Source: an uncultured Eubacteriales bacterium
GTDB taxonomy: Bacteria > Bacillota > Clostridia > TANB77 > UBA1234
Direction of reading: 5' to 3'
Length of the DNA stretch: 64,000 nt
NCBI GenBank assembly: GCA_964572605.1
Contig: CAZNFG010000001.1
Location: forward strand, 886-64,885
Of this stretch, positions 10,687 to 21,100 are shown one piece after another (position 1 is the first letter of the stretch; the number at the start of each line of letters is the position of its first letter). Below the pieces are notes generated by a model. It saw only the letters and a program-made list of their open reading frames with translations. It was not told the DNA's origin and did not search any database. Made by a program: the position numbers and the translations under genes.

Positions 10687-11469
10687 ATGATTAAGTTTTG
10701 TAATTTATACAGTGGTAGTAGTGGCAATTCAACATATATAGAAACAGATAGTGCAAAAATATTGGTTGATGCTGGTGTGAGTTGTCAAAGAATTTCTAAA
10801 GCACTTAAATCTATCGGTACAGATATCGATGAAATAAGTGCTATTTTAGTGACACACGAACATATAGATCATGTAAAAGGATTATCTACTATTTCAAAAA
10901 AACATAACACACCCATATATGTAACTAAAAAAACATGGGCACAATTAGATGGGTTAAATATAAATGAAAATTGTATACATTTTTTCAAACCAGAAAAAGA
11001 TTTTACAATCGGTGATGCATGTATACATCCTTTTTCTATTCCACACGACGCTATTGAACCATGTGGTTTTAGTATATTTGCCGAAAACAAAAAAGTTACA
11101 ATAGCAACAGATATTGGTCATATAGAAGAATCGTTAGTATCCGAACTAACAGGTAGTGATATTGTATTAATAGAATCAAACTACGATAAGGACACTTTAC
11201 TTTGTGGCTCTTATCCATATTTTCTTAAAAAACGCATATGCAGTGATGTTGGTCATTTATCTAATGAGTCTACTAGTAAACTTATAAAAACTTTGTATGA
11301 AGGTGGGGTTTCTAAATTTATATTAGGACACTTAAGTAAAGAAAACAACTTCCCAGAGCTTGCATATCAAACAGTACTAAACGAATTAAATAGTTCAGAA
11401 GTTGATACTCCATTTTATTTATCCATTGCAAAAAGAGATTTTGTTGATGATGTATTGGAGTTGATATAG
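10687..11469 (+). CDS. MBL-fold metallo-hydrolase (YycJ/WalJ-like)
   Basis: 260 aa with HxHxDH motif (VTHEHIDHVKG) of metallo-beta-lactamase fold. Confidence 0.8.
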   Translation: MIKFCNLYSGSSGNSTYIETDSAKILVDAGVSCQRISKALKSIGTDIDEISAILVTHEHIDHVKGLSTISKKHNTPIYVTKKTWAQLDGLNINENCIHFFKPEKDFTIGDACIHPFSIPHDAIEPCGFSIFAENKKVTIATDIGHIEESLVSELTGSDIVLIESNYDKDTLLCGSYPYFLKKRICSDVGHLSNESTSKLIKTLYEGGVSKFILGHLSKENNFPELAYQTVLNELNSSEVDTPFYLSIAKRDFVDDVLELI

Positions 11470-11471
11470 TA

Positions 11472-11952
11472 ATGAATATAAAAATAATTTGTGTTCGGAA
11501 AAATAAAAGAAAAATCACTTTTAGATTTAATAAACGAATATAAAAAACGAATCACAAAATTTTCTAATATTGAAATAATTGAATTACAAGATGAAATAAT
11601 TCCACAAAATGCTTCTGAGAAAGATATATTAAATATTAAAAAGATGGAAGCAGAAAAAATTAAATCGAAGATTTCTTCAAATGATTTTATTATTGCATTA
11701 GATCAACACGGAAAATCCTTTACATCAGAAACCTTTTCAAATCAAATACAACATATTACATTAAAAGGATTTAGTACTATAGCTTTTATTATAGGTGGAA
11801 CCTGCGGATTAGATAAGGATTTAATTATTAACACACATTTGGTTTTATCTTTTTCTGAATTAACATTTCCACATCAATTAATTAGATTGTTTTTATTAGA
11901 ACAAATATTTAGAGCATTTAAAATAAGTAATAATGAGAGATATCATTGGTAA
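11472..11952 (+). CDS. rlmH: 23S rRNA (pseudouridine1915-N3)-methyltransferase RlmH. Needs +1 decoding at in-frame CGG 11496-11498 to give MNIKIICVGKIKEKSLLDLINEY...
   Basis: SPOUT-family RlmH over its full length. The ORF-track ORF starts at an internal GTG. The true ATG at 11472 is in the other frame and joins at gtt-CGG-aaa. The recoded residue is the conserved Gly of the AVGK motif. Confidence 0.8.
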
Positions 11953-11978
11953 TAGTACTTTTGATATCTCTTTTTTTA
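11935..11978 (+). terminator. rho-independent terminator of rlmH
   Basis: hairpin agagatatca...tgatatctct followed by TTTTTTT. Confidence 0.5.
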
Positions 11979-12368
11979 TCTTTTACTTACACTATTTTTT
12001 TCAATATTCATTGCAATTATTTTATCTCCTATAATTAGCAGCTTCATATTATAATCATATTCAATTTTCAAATATATTTTTTCACCATAATCAACTCTTG
12101 ATGTAGTATAAGATATTTTTAAACCTTCTTCATCAAAGCCTTGTCTTACAAGTTCTTCTTTTAAGTTTGTTGCTTCGTACTTTGTAAGATATCCGTACTC
12201 TTCCATAGCAAAAACATATTTAATACATTCACTAGATAATTTTTCATACCAAATATATGGCATCAGTATATTTACAGATACAGATATAAGTATAGACACC
12301 GCAAATATTCCAACAGCTATAATAATTGGCGTTGTTAATATTGAATTGCCATTATTTTTATTTATCAT
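11976..12368 (-). CDS. TadE/TadF-like pseudopilin (Flp pilus assembly) with N-terminal TM segment
   Basis: 130 aa. N-terminal hydrophobic segment TPIIIAVGIFAVSILISVSV. Operon context with Flp pilin and CpaB. Confidence 0.5.
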   Translation of the reverse strand: MINKNNGNSILTTPIIIAVGIFAVSILISVSVNILMPYIWYEKLSSECIKYVFAMEEYGYLTKYEATNLKEELVRQGFDEEGLKISYTTSRVDYGEKIYLKIEYDYNMKLLIIGDKIIAMNIEKNSVSKR

Positions 12369-12387
12369 ATTTCCTCCAAGAATATTT

Positions 12388-12880
12388 TTATTCGTTAATC
12401 ATATTTAAATTTACATCTTCATGAATTTTAAAAATAAAAATATTTTCTAATAATGTCTTTAATATTATTGGTCTTATTTTTACCCTTATTACTGTATGTA
12501 TTGTTCTGTTGTCTAATCTTACGCCGTGTATATGAATCTTTAGTTCCTTTATTATAAATTTCAAATTCATCAATATAAATATTTGAAATTAATTTTTCAT
12601 CATTACTTAAATACTCGTCTAACTCATACTCAAGTTTCAATGCTTTTATAAATTCTTGTTTATATGCATTTTTGTTATATGAAAATAAGTCTATATTTGC
12701 TTTATTTTTATTCACTGCAATTATAGCGCTGCGATTTATTGAATACATATTAAGTTTTACTGTATATAAAACATTATTAACATGACCTAAAAATATTGCA
12801 ATAACTAATAACAATATGCATAATGCAATTGCAATAAATATCAGTCCCATTAATGCAATATTACCTTTTTCATTTCTCAT
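12388..12880 (-). CDS. TadE-like pseudopilin. The C-terminus is probably re-routed by in-frame CGG at plus 12524-12526 (coding aca-CGG-cgt) into the frame of track ORF 12388-12573.
   Basis: N-terminal TM (GLIFIAIALCILLLVIAIFL). After the CGG the 0-frame tail is K/N/Y-rich junk (RRKIRQQNNTYSNKGKNK...). The +1 tail (GVRLDNRTIHTVIRVKIRPIILKTLLENIFIFKIHEDVNL...) looks protein-like and ends 20 nt before the next gene's RBS. Confidence 0.5.
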
Positions 12881-12895
12881 ATTATTGATTCCTTA

Positions 12896-14527
12896 TTACT
12901 TTATATATTTGCTCAAGTCTCTGTTATATAATTCATCCCATCTTTCAGCAACATGTAATGCTATAGTTGAAGTTGTAACTCCTTGAACATTTTCAGCTTT
13001 TATAAATAATTTATATGGATCTGATTTTTTGGTAAATAGTCTTGTTTCATCTATATCAAACGCATCTCTAGATATTTCTCTAAGTGAATTCCATGAATGA
13101 AGCGTTTGTTTTGTACCATATGGAATTACATATATTACAGAAAATGTTTTTGATGTTTCTGTTTTTTTATCTAATGAAAGTTCTTTTGGAAATTTGTATG
13201 CTCTTTTTAATTGCTCTAAACTTTTATAACGCATTTGTTCTTTTCTCTCTTTTGGTTCTTCCCATTCAAATCTTTTTGTAAGTTCATCTAACGTCATAAT
13301 AGATGTATCACCTGCAAAATCAACACTTACATCTCTGGCATCGACAGATGTTTTTACAGTAATTTTAATTACTTGTCCTGAACAAATAAAATTGTATTTG
13401 TCATTTTTTGTTGTATAAAGTTCCACTACATCATTTTTTGAAACTCTTTCAATTTTGATATTATATATTGTTGGTGATTCTAAATCGTTTTCAATTTTTA
13501 CTTTTTTATTTTCTCCTTTTATTTGTATAATTATTTGACTAGATTTAGATGCATATAGTAAAGGATCATTTTCAAAGTATGTATCTAAAAACGAATTGCA
13601 TTCTAAATTAATTTTAATTTCTTTTTGGTTTTTATAATCATTTTTGTTTATTATCAAACTTCCATCTTTAGTAATTTTAATTTTTCGTGAACCACTTATT
13701 GTGCCTATATTTTCACCATTTGCTTTCAGTTCAGCTTCAATAATTTTTATATGTTCTGCTTTTGCATATTCAGAAAGTCCATCAACATATGCACCAAATT
13801 CAATAGGTATTTCTATAATATCTTGATCTGGTTCAATCACATAATTATTACCAAGTGGTAAGTCTAATATACTATTTAATTTTGCATTTCCCGCCATCTT
13901 GGGTACTGTGAAAGTCGCAATCCAGTAAATGTTGCCCTCACCGGGTTTTTCTGTATATACACTTCCATCATTTCCCCACGTTGCATAATTTTGAACTCTT
14001 ACTTTATCTAAACCAATATTTGTTGCTGTTAAATCATATGTGATTCCAAATCTAGATAATTTTTGTGTCATCATATATTCTTTTTGTATATTATATTTAT
14101 ATAGAAAAGGGTTGTTCCATGATTCTAGCGCATCTTTCACAACTCTGTAATTCCAATTTAAAGGTGACGTTCCAGATGTATAATCATCTGGAAATTTTTC
14201 ATTATGAACTACTTTTCCTAAAAAATCTTGGCCTAAAATAAAATATTCTCCTCTACTACCAATTCCATTCCATGCATGATTTTCTTTTGTCCATAATCCA
14301 TAAGATGTATTCTTCCATCTTTGTAAAGTATTATTAACAATAGATGGAGAGCCATATACAAGTAGTTTATATTTATTATATATTTCTTCATTAATTTTCA
14401 AACCATTAACATTTGTTTCAGAAATTCCAATTGCATTTAGCATATATATAAATCCACTATCATATGCAAAAGTTTTGGTACATATTATTAACATTAAAAT
14501 AGCAAGTAGTAAAAATTTTTTGTTCAT
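12896..14527 (-). CDS. secreted protein of unknown function (signal peptide MNKKFLLLAILMLIICTKTFA)
   Basis: 543-aa ORF from the MNKKF start with an AAGGAGA RBS. No recognisable catalytic motifs. In the pilus operon. Confidence 0.6.
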   Translation of the reverse strand: MNKKFLLLAILMLIICTKTFAYDSGFIYMLNAIGISETNVNGLKINEEIYNKYKLLVYGSPSIVNNTLQRWKNTSYGLWTKENHAWNGIGSRGEYFILGQDFLGKVVHNEKFPDDYTSGTSPLNWNYRVVKDALESWNNPFLYKYNIQKEYMMTQKLSRFGITYDLTATNIGLDKVRVQNYATWGNDGSVYTEKPGEGNIYWIATFTVPKMAGNAKLNSILDLPLGNNYVIEPDQDIIEIPIEFGAYVDGLSEYAKAEHIKIIEAELKANGENIGTISGSRKIKITKDGSLIINKNDYKNQKEIKINLECNSFLDTYFENDPLLYASKSSQIIIQIKGENKKVKIENDLESPTIYNIKIERVSKNDVVELYTTKNDKYNFICSGQVIKITVKTSVDARDVSVDFAGDTSIMTLDELTKRFEWEEPKERKEQMRYKSLEQLKRAYKFPKELSLDKKTETSKTFSVIYVIPYGTKQTLHSWNSLREISRDAFDIDETRLFTKKSDPYKLFIKAENVQGVTTSTIALHVAERWDELYNRDLSKYIK

Positions 14528-14554
14528 TTGTTCTCCTTCTTGTGGGGCTTCTGC

Positions 14555-14576
14555 CAGGAACGTTTTCACGTTCCTG
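14555..14576. repeat. perfect palindrome caggaacgt-tttc-acgttcctg in the 5-prime leader of the secreted-protein gene (related GGAACGT arm)
   Basis: 9-bp arms with 4-nt spacer, located between a TATAAT -10 box and the RBS on the minus strand. Confidence 0.4.
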
Positions 14577-14647
14577 TTGCAGAGAGCATTTATAAATTAT
14601 AGTAAATAAATTAAATGTGAGAGTAATTTATTTACAAAAAATAAAAT

Positions 14648-15799
14648 CTATTTACTAACATAAAATGTTGGAATGTCATATTCTTTTTTATAAAAATTGA
14701 TAGTATACTTTCCAAATTTTTTAACTTCTTTCAATTCTTTTTCTTCATCAATTCTTTTTACATATTGTATATTTTTCTCTAACATATATTTGCAAATACT
14801 TTTTGAATTACTTGCTCCAAATTCGCTATTTAAAGCTTTTTCAAACAACTTAATATTAAACTCATCTGCATATATTCCATTTTTAAAATCATAATAACTA
14901 TCCCACATTTTAAGTGGAATAATTTTCATATAACAATTATTGCTGAATTCATCATGTAGTGAACTATTTGCTAAATCAAAAACACTATTTTCAAAATATG
15001 TAAATAAAAAAATTATATTTTGATTTTCAATCATTGTTTTATTTTTTCCACAATATATAATTGTCTGCAAATCATTATTATCAGTGGATGTAGTTCTGAT
15101 TAATGTATAAGTGTTTTCATTTAAAATATTTTTCAATATTTTTTTTGCGTTATTTCCTATTTGTTCTTTATTTATTAATTCAAAATAATTTGAAAATTTT
15201 GTACTATTAACATCATATGTTTTTCGAAAAGAATTTTCTTTTTTTGCATTAACAGCTTTGACTATAACACATACCGCTTCTGCTCTAGAAATAGGCATTT
15301 CGCCTTTATATGTTTTGTCTTCATATCCACTAATTACTTTTAATTTCACAAGTTTTAATACATCTTCTTTATATTCATCCTTTAAATCTTTAAAAATATT
15401 TGATGATTTTTTTATATTTGATACATCGATAAAATTAGATAGTATTTTTGCCGCATCATATCTAGTAATTACTTTTGTATAATCAACATCATCAGGTACT
15501 AGTTTTTCCATTTTTGCAGTTTCAATATAAAAATCTGGCCATACATTATCTCCACTTCTTGTAACTTGTATATTCCCAGCACTTATAATCATTTTTAAAA
15601 ATTCAACTGTAGTTATATTATTATTTGGTTTAAATGTATTATCGTTATAACCGTTAATAATTCCATCTGTTACAAACCTTTCGATATAGTTTTTTGCCCA
15701 ATGATTTTGTATATCAAAAAATTTTGTATCCTCATTTGCATAGCAAATATTACTATATAATAACAATGTTGTAATTATAAAAATACTAAACTTCCTCAT
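14648..15799 (-). CDS. S-layer homology (SLH) domain surface protein
   Basis: Signal peptide MRKFSIFIITTLLLYSNICYA followed by two SLH repeats (FxDI..HWAKNYIE..GIINGY...FKPNNNITTVEFLKMI). Confidence 0.7.
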   Translation of the reverse strand: MRKFSIFIITTLLLYSNICYANEDTKFFDIQNHWAKNYIERFVTDGIINGYNDNTFKPNNNITTVEFLKMIISAGNIQVTRSGDNVWPDFYIETAKMEKLVPDDVDYTKVITRYDAAKILSNFIDVSNIKKSSNIFKDLKDEYKEDVLKLVKLKVISGYEDKTYKGEMPISRAEAVCVIVKAVNAKKENSFRKTYDVNSTKFSNYFELINKEQIGNNAKKILKNILNENTYTLIRTTSTDNNDLQTIIYCGKNKTMIENQNIIFLFTYFENSVFDLANSSLHDEFSNNCYMKIIPLKMWDSYYDFKNGIYADEFNIKLFEKALNSEFGASNSKSICKYMLEKNIQYVKRIDEEKELKEVKKFGKYTINFYKKEYDIPTFYVSK

Positions 15800-16508
15800 C
15801 AATACTTCCTCCATCGTTTGTGCCAATGCCTGTTATATTAAAGCTTGCAACATTTCTAATTAAACTGATTTGCTTTGCTTCTTCACTTGTAACACCAAGC
15901 ATAATTGTGTCCACAATTCCGTCAGAAGGCACATTTATTTCTATTCCGTCAGAATTAAATGCTCCAAGCACTTTTACATTATCTAAAATTTTTATCACGA
16001 TATAACCATCATATTCATCACCAATTATCATTCTTTGATTACTTGGTAAAAATTTAATGGCTAAATCATTCCTCATTGTTGCATATAAATTCACTGCTGC
16101 TCCGCTTTTGACAGCGTAAGACATTCCGTTTTCTGCAGCTTCTATTTTAATAGATATTTTTTCTTTTCCAATTTCTGTTTCATATATAGATAAATTTTCT
16201 TTTGTATCAAATTGTTCTCTTATTGCAATTTGATTTTTAAAAATATTATCTTTTGAATATAAACCTTCGATTTCAGAAAAATTTTGTATTACTCTAGTGC
16301 TTGCTATAAGCGGAATTGGGATATCAACTAATACAAACATATCTTCTTCTAATTTTTGAAATTGTTTAATATCTCTACCTAGTGTTAAACATTTAACTGA
16401 TGGCACATAATCAATCAAATCTTTTTGCAATTTAGTGGATATTATAAAAACTATTATTGTCGCAATTGCAGTTATTATTAAAATATTTATTTTGTTTTTC
16501 ATACCCAA
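15786..16508 (-). CDS. cpaB: CpaB/RcpC-like Flp pilus assembly protein (N-terminal TM + SAF-like domain)
   Basis: 240 aa. N-terminal TM. Domain organisation and operon position typical of CpaB. Confidence 0.55.
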   Translation of the reverse strand: MGMKNKINILIITAIATIIVFIISTKLQKDLIDYVPSVKCLTLGRDIKQFQKLEEDMFVLVDIPIPLIASTRVIQNFSEIEGLYSKDNIFKNQIAIREQFDTKENLSIYETEIGKEKISIKIEAAENGMSYAVKSGAAVNLYATMRNDLAIKFLPSNQRMIIGDEYDGYIVIKILDNVKVLGAFNSDGIEINVPSDGIVDTIMLGVTSEEAKQISLIRNVASFNITGIGTNDGGSIDEEV

Positions 16509-16514
16509 TTCTCC

Positions 16515-16697
16515 TTATGCTGAAAATGGCAGACTACCAGTGTTTTCAAACCAAGTTGAAATTGTGCCCATCATGTTTGTAAATAATCCTTCCATTTGTG
16601 GATAAAATACAGTAATTACAATTACAAGTAAGATTCCCGCAACCAATATTACTTGTAGTATTTCTGAGCCTCTTTCTGAATTTAATTTCTTTTTCAT
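16515..16697 (-). CDS. flp: Flp/Fap-type pilin (class III signal peptide)
   Basis: About 60 aa: MKKKLNSERG-SEILQVILVAGILLVIVITVF... Short hydrophobic pilin-like protein after an ERG motif. GGAGGA RBS 7 nt upstream of ATG. Confidence 0.5.
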   Translation of the reverse strand: MKKKLNSERGSEILQVILVAGILLVIVITVFYPQMEGLFTNMMGTISTWFENTGSLPFSA

Positions 16698-16721
16698 ACA
16701 TTTTTCCTCCATAAAAAATTA

Positions 16722-17562
16722 TTAATTAAAAATTGTATTAAACCCTTGTCCAACAGAAATGAACAAAGGATAAAACGTCATAAGAACTATATTTCCAAGT
16801 GCTATAGCAACACCGAAAGTTATATAAATTACTTTTGTTCTTGTTATATTTTTAATTTTCTCAACGCACTTTATATTTATCGTCTTAGATAAATTTTCTA
16901 ATATTTCAATAATGTTTCCGGTTTTGTTATACTCTCTTAACGAGTTGCAAAACATATCTATTTCAAGTATTTCGAATTTCTTGTCTAAATCTTTTATTGC
17001 TTCGTTTATATTTAATTCTGACATTTCATATCTCATTGCAAATTCAAGTATTGCTTTTTTAAAATCTTTATTCTCACAATTTTCAAATTGTTTTTTTAGA
17101 GCATCTTTTAAACTTATCTCTGCAGAAAGTTGTAATACTATTGAATCAACAACCTTTAAAAGATCTACACATATTTGACTATCTCTAGATTTTTTATTTA
17201 CATATATGTAAATATCTATGAAATAAAATCCAATTAGTCCTAATGTAATAGCCATAATATTTGAATCATAGTTTACTTTTGCCATAACAATTAAGATGTT
17301 TCCGTAGTAATACTTTGGTTATATAATATGAAATTGTATTTAATTTTAATGGGTATCCTTGCTTAGATAAAAAATTTTCTTTGGCTTTTAAAAAATTAAT
17401 TTTTGAAATAAGTGTTTTAATAGAATCAGCTTTTGTAATTCGAATTGATGTGTGTTTTTTCTTATATTTATCTGATTGAATCAAAACATATATTTTGAAT
17501 ATCAATAAATAAGATAAAATAAAAATTAAAACAAACAAAAGTATATTAATCATATCTTTCAC
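16722..17562 (-). CDS. tadC: TadB/TadC-like type II secretion system F-domain inner-membrane protein. Full length requires +1 decoding at in-frame CGG (plus 17302-17304, coding cta-CGG-aaa).
   Basis: Two track ORFs (17266-17562 and 16722-17285) join at the CGG to give ...ITKVLLGNILIVMAKVNYDSNIMAITLGLIGFYF..., a continuous membrane region. Downstream T2SS_F-like cytoplasmic domain. Confidence 0.65.
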
Positions 17563-17657
17563 ATCCTATATTTGTTTTATTTTAAGCAAATAATATCATC
17601 TTTATATATATTGTCAAATAAAACTCATCGACAATTCTCGACCTTTTTATGACGTTT

Positions 17658-17700
17658 GGGGACGTTCCTGTTTGTCAATTTTGACAAACAGGAACGTCCC
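17658..17700. repeat. palindromic element copy B: 20-bp perfect inverted repeat gggacgttcctgtttgtcaa-tt-ttgacaaacaggaacgtccc between divergent promoters
   Basis: Perfect palindrome read directly from sequence. Lies upstream of the -35 boxes of both the tad operon (minus) and the abrB-like gene (plus). Near-identical to copy C including flanks. Confidence 0.6.
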
Positions 17701-17752
17701 TAATTGTCATTTGCACATCTTTACAGTTTTTCCCAATATTTTACTTTTTTAG

Positions 17753-17788
17753 TTGACATTTTACATTTTTTATGATACATTATGTATA
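17753..17788 (+). promoter_or_regulatory. putative sigma-A promoter of the AbrB-like regulator gene
   Basis: TTGACA - 17 nt - TACATT upstream of GGGGGA RBS. Confidence 0.35.
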
Positions 17789-17816
17789 TCGTAAGTAAGT
17801 AAGGGGGATAGAGAAA

Positions 17817-18059
17817 ATGAAATCAACAGGTATTGTTAGAAAAGTAGATGAGCTTGGACGTATTGTTTTACCAATAGAACTAAGAAGAACTTTAAACATT
17901 GACATTAAAGATTCTATTGAAATCTACGTAGACAATTCTACAATTGTTTTAAAAAAATATGAGCCTACTTGTGTTTTTTGTGGCGAATCTGAAAATGTAA
18001 CAAACTTCAAAGATAAAAATGTTTGTAAAGCTTGTTTAGACAATCTTAAAAACATTTAA
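17817..18059 (+). CDS. AbrB/SpoVT-family transition-state-type transcriptional regulator with C-terminal CxxC...CxxC zinc-finger tail
   Basis: N-terminal swapped-hairpin motif GIVRKVDELGRIVLPIELRR. C-terminal CVFCG...CKAC. Confidence 0.8.
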   Translation: MKSTGIVRKVDELGRIVLPIELRRTLNIDIKDSIEIYVDNSTIVLKKYEPTCVFCGESENVTNFKDKNVCKACLDNLKNI

Positions 18060-18071
18060 ATTTAATATAAG

Positions 18072-18108
18072 AAAGCATCCATTTAAAAAATGGATGCTTT
18101 TTTATTTT
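18072..18108. terminator. bidirectional rho-independent terminator between the AbrB-like gene and the 3-prime end of the giant gene
   Basis: aaagcatccat-ttaaaaa-atggatgcttt followed by a T run. Confidence 0.6.
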
Positions 18109-18116
18109 TGTTTCTT

Positions 18117-21100
18117 TTAATTCTCAATATATTCTGCTTTGTTTCCGCACTTATCAAATGCTTCTATCTTATCTCCAGCTTTTAATGTTATATTGTAATT
18201 ATTTCTTAAACTACTTATTGATACTGTTCCTCCATCCAATAGAACCGTCTGTCCGTTAATTCTTATTGCTTGAACCGCATAACCTTCTGCATCACTTACT
18301 ACTATTGTGTCTGCAGATCTTGTTATTACTGGTGCGGTTGTGTCGGAAACAACATCTGTTGGTATTTCTATTTTTGAAAGCACATTTCCTGTTATATCAG
18401 TTACAGCATTATTTTTGAATACAAGGAATATTGTGCCTCTTCCTCTCATATTGGTTGCTGTAATTGTATAAAATCTTCCATTCATTACATTTGCACCTTC
18501 TTGTACTGGCCCATATGTTTCAACAACATTATTTATTTCAATATTTTCTCCATATAATGTTTCGTAATTAACTGAACCATCATTGCCCTTTACTCTTATC
18601 ATTATATCGTTTGTTGTAATTGCCTTAGATGAATTGTAGTTTTCATCCTTTGCTAGTATTCTAAATGATGTTTCATCACTATTAGTTCCTCCTAAATATT
18701 CTGATAGTAATTGTGTTGTTGCTGACGCATAAGCGCTTACACGTTCTGCCACATCTCTTACCCATACATATACTGTCTTTCTTCCATCGCCTTTTTCTAA
18801 TTGCCATAATACTGTTTCCTCATATGGTACCCAATCATTAGAATTTATAGCTGCTGATGTTGTAAGTAATGTATTACTTAATAAAACTTCTTTAATCTCT
18901 GTATCATCTTCTGCTGATATGTCTAATAGAATCATCGAACTATTGCTATATTTATATGAATTTTCTCTTATGGTTAATGTATTAATTTTTGGATTTTCTG
19001 AGTCGATATTTTCGATAACAATTTCTTCAGCATACCTTACAACATTTCCTGCCACATCAACTAAATATAAGTAATACGTTCCATTTGTATTTACAACTGC
19101 ATTTATTCTTATAAGCTCATTTGAGGTATCTACTGATACCCAGGTTGTTGGTGTAATGTCTGTTCTAGATAATCTATATCCATATAGACCAGATAAAGCA
19201 TCTTGTGCCAACACCTCAATTTGCAATTCTGTAGAAATAGCATTTCCATAATTTATTGCATTTATTATAGGTGCGTCTCTATCTATATTAGATATTGTTA
19301 TTCTTTCTGTAGATATGTTGCCAGCTTTATCTTCTGCCTCAACAATATATATACCATTTACACTAACTTCTCTTATAACACTTCCATTCGTGAGTGTTAT
19401 ATCTTCTCCATCAAATGTAACGCCCTTTACTCCGGATTCTTCATCTATTACTTGTATTTGTATTGGTACTGCATTCTTTGTCCAATTACGATTCATATTT
19501 GTAAGTCTAATTATTGGACCAGTACTATCAAAACCTAATGCTGCCTTTTCTTTGCCACCAGCTAACTCAGTTTTGATTAACGAATATGTATTAGGTGTAT
19601 TTATTATATCTGCTAGTACTGAATTATATCGTTTTGCCTCAACTGTGCCATCATAGAAGTTTAATTCTCCAGTAGTAACAACGATACCTGTATAACTTGA
19701 GAATATATATGGATCTTGTAGATTAATTGAATCTCCGCTTGCTCCGATAGTCACATTTGAACCTTCACTATATATACCCCATGATCTTCCACTAATCTCA
19801 TTATATACTGTTGCCGTTATTATTCCTGCCATATGATTAATCCTATCATTACTATATATACCATATGCTCTACCAGTATCAGTAGCGACATTTATATCAC
19901 CACTAGATATTACAACTTCACTTTCGTTATATATACCATAAGCATATCCTTCTGTGCTTACTGCATTAATTTTTATATTATGCATATTCATAATAGCGCC
20001 TGTTTTATTATATACTCCATAAATATTTTCGGTCCCATATCCTCTAGCTTGTACTTCTATATCATAAATACTAATCTCGTTCTCATTTACAATTGCATAT
20101 ATAACTCCGTTTTCGCCAGATACTGATATCGTTCCACCATCTTGTATTACTAAGTTTCCTCTATTAATTATTACATTCGTTGCAATATCATTTTCTATAG
20201 AGTAATATAATTTTTTATTGTTCATCGAAAGAATAATTGTTTTATTTTCAGGTATTATAACAGTATCATTCATATCTTCGTCAAGTAACATTTGAACTGT
20301 AGCGTTATTTGTAACACCAGCAATTGCATATTTCAATCTTGTATAGTAACTTGTTTCAACTCCTTGTGTTACCAAAACCCCAGTTCTTGCAATTATTTCA
20401 TTTCCAGAAAATTGTGCGCTCGTATATTCTGATACTTTTTCACTTACATCATATACAGTTCCAACAAAAGATACACATCTTAACAAACCAAAATCATTTT
20501 CATTTATTGTATATGTATAGGTTATAGTATCTCCACTTAACTCTCCGCTTGGCAATTTAGTTGAAATTCCATTACCAAATGCAATTTCTAATTCTGGTAA
20601 TACTCCTTGTGATTCTATTATATTTTCAGAGAATTTAGCTTTAATTATTAATTGAGTATCTCTTATGTATTCACCTGCATTTTTATTTGTTACCATTAAA
20701 CTTCTAAGTCTAGGTCCTACATCATCAATCATTACAAAATCGACGTAATTATCTGGAGTTGTTGTTGCATAATTGTACATTGCATCACACGACTCATAGT
20801 AATATACGATTGCGTTTTGACTTAAATTTTCGCCCATTCTATCAAACACAAGTTTTTCATTTACCGTATCTGCCAATATAGTTGTAACAGACTTAGGAAT
20901 TATTATAGATTCCATATTTAAAAGATTTGCAAATGAATGATGATACAATGTTGTAAGTTCATTGCAATATTCAAGATTAAGAATAGTTAGCATATTACAA
21001 TTACTAAATGCATATTCTCCAATATATGTTATATCAGGAGACAAGTCTATTCTTGCAAGTTTAGTGCTATTTGCAAAACTTAAAGCTGAAATTCCTTCCC

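Noticed and set aside
12388-12573. Independent 61-aa gene overlapping the TadE-like gene
   Set aside because: It is the +1-frame continuation of the TadE-like gene after its in-frame CGG. It has no RBS or start context of its own.
14555-14576. Palindrome D as a LexA/Cheo box (GAAC-N4-GTTC) or CcpA cre site
   Set aside because: Spacing is GAAC-N8-GTTC rather than N4. It does not match the cre consensus TGWAANCGNTNWCA. It is kept only as a member of the GGAACGT palindrome family.
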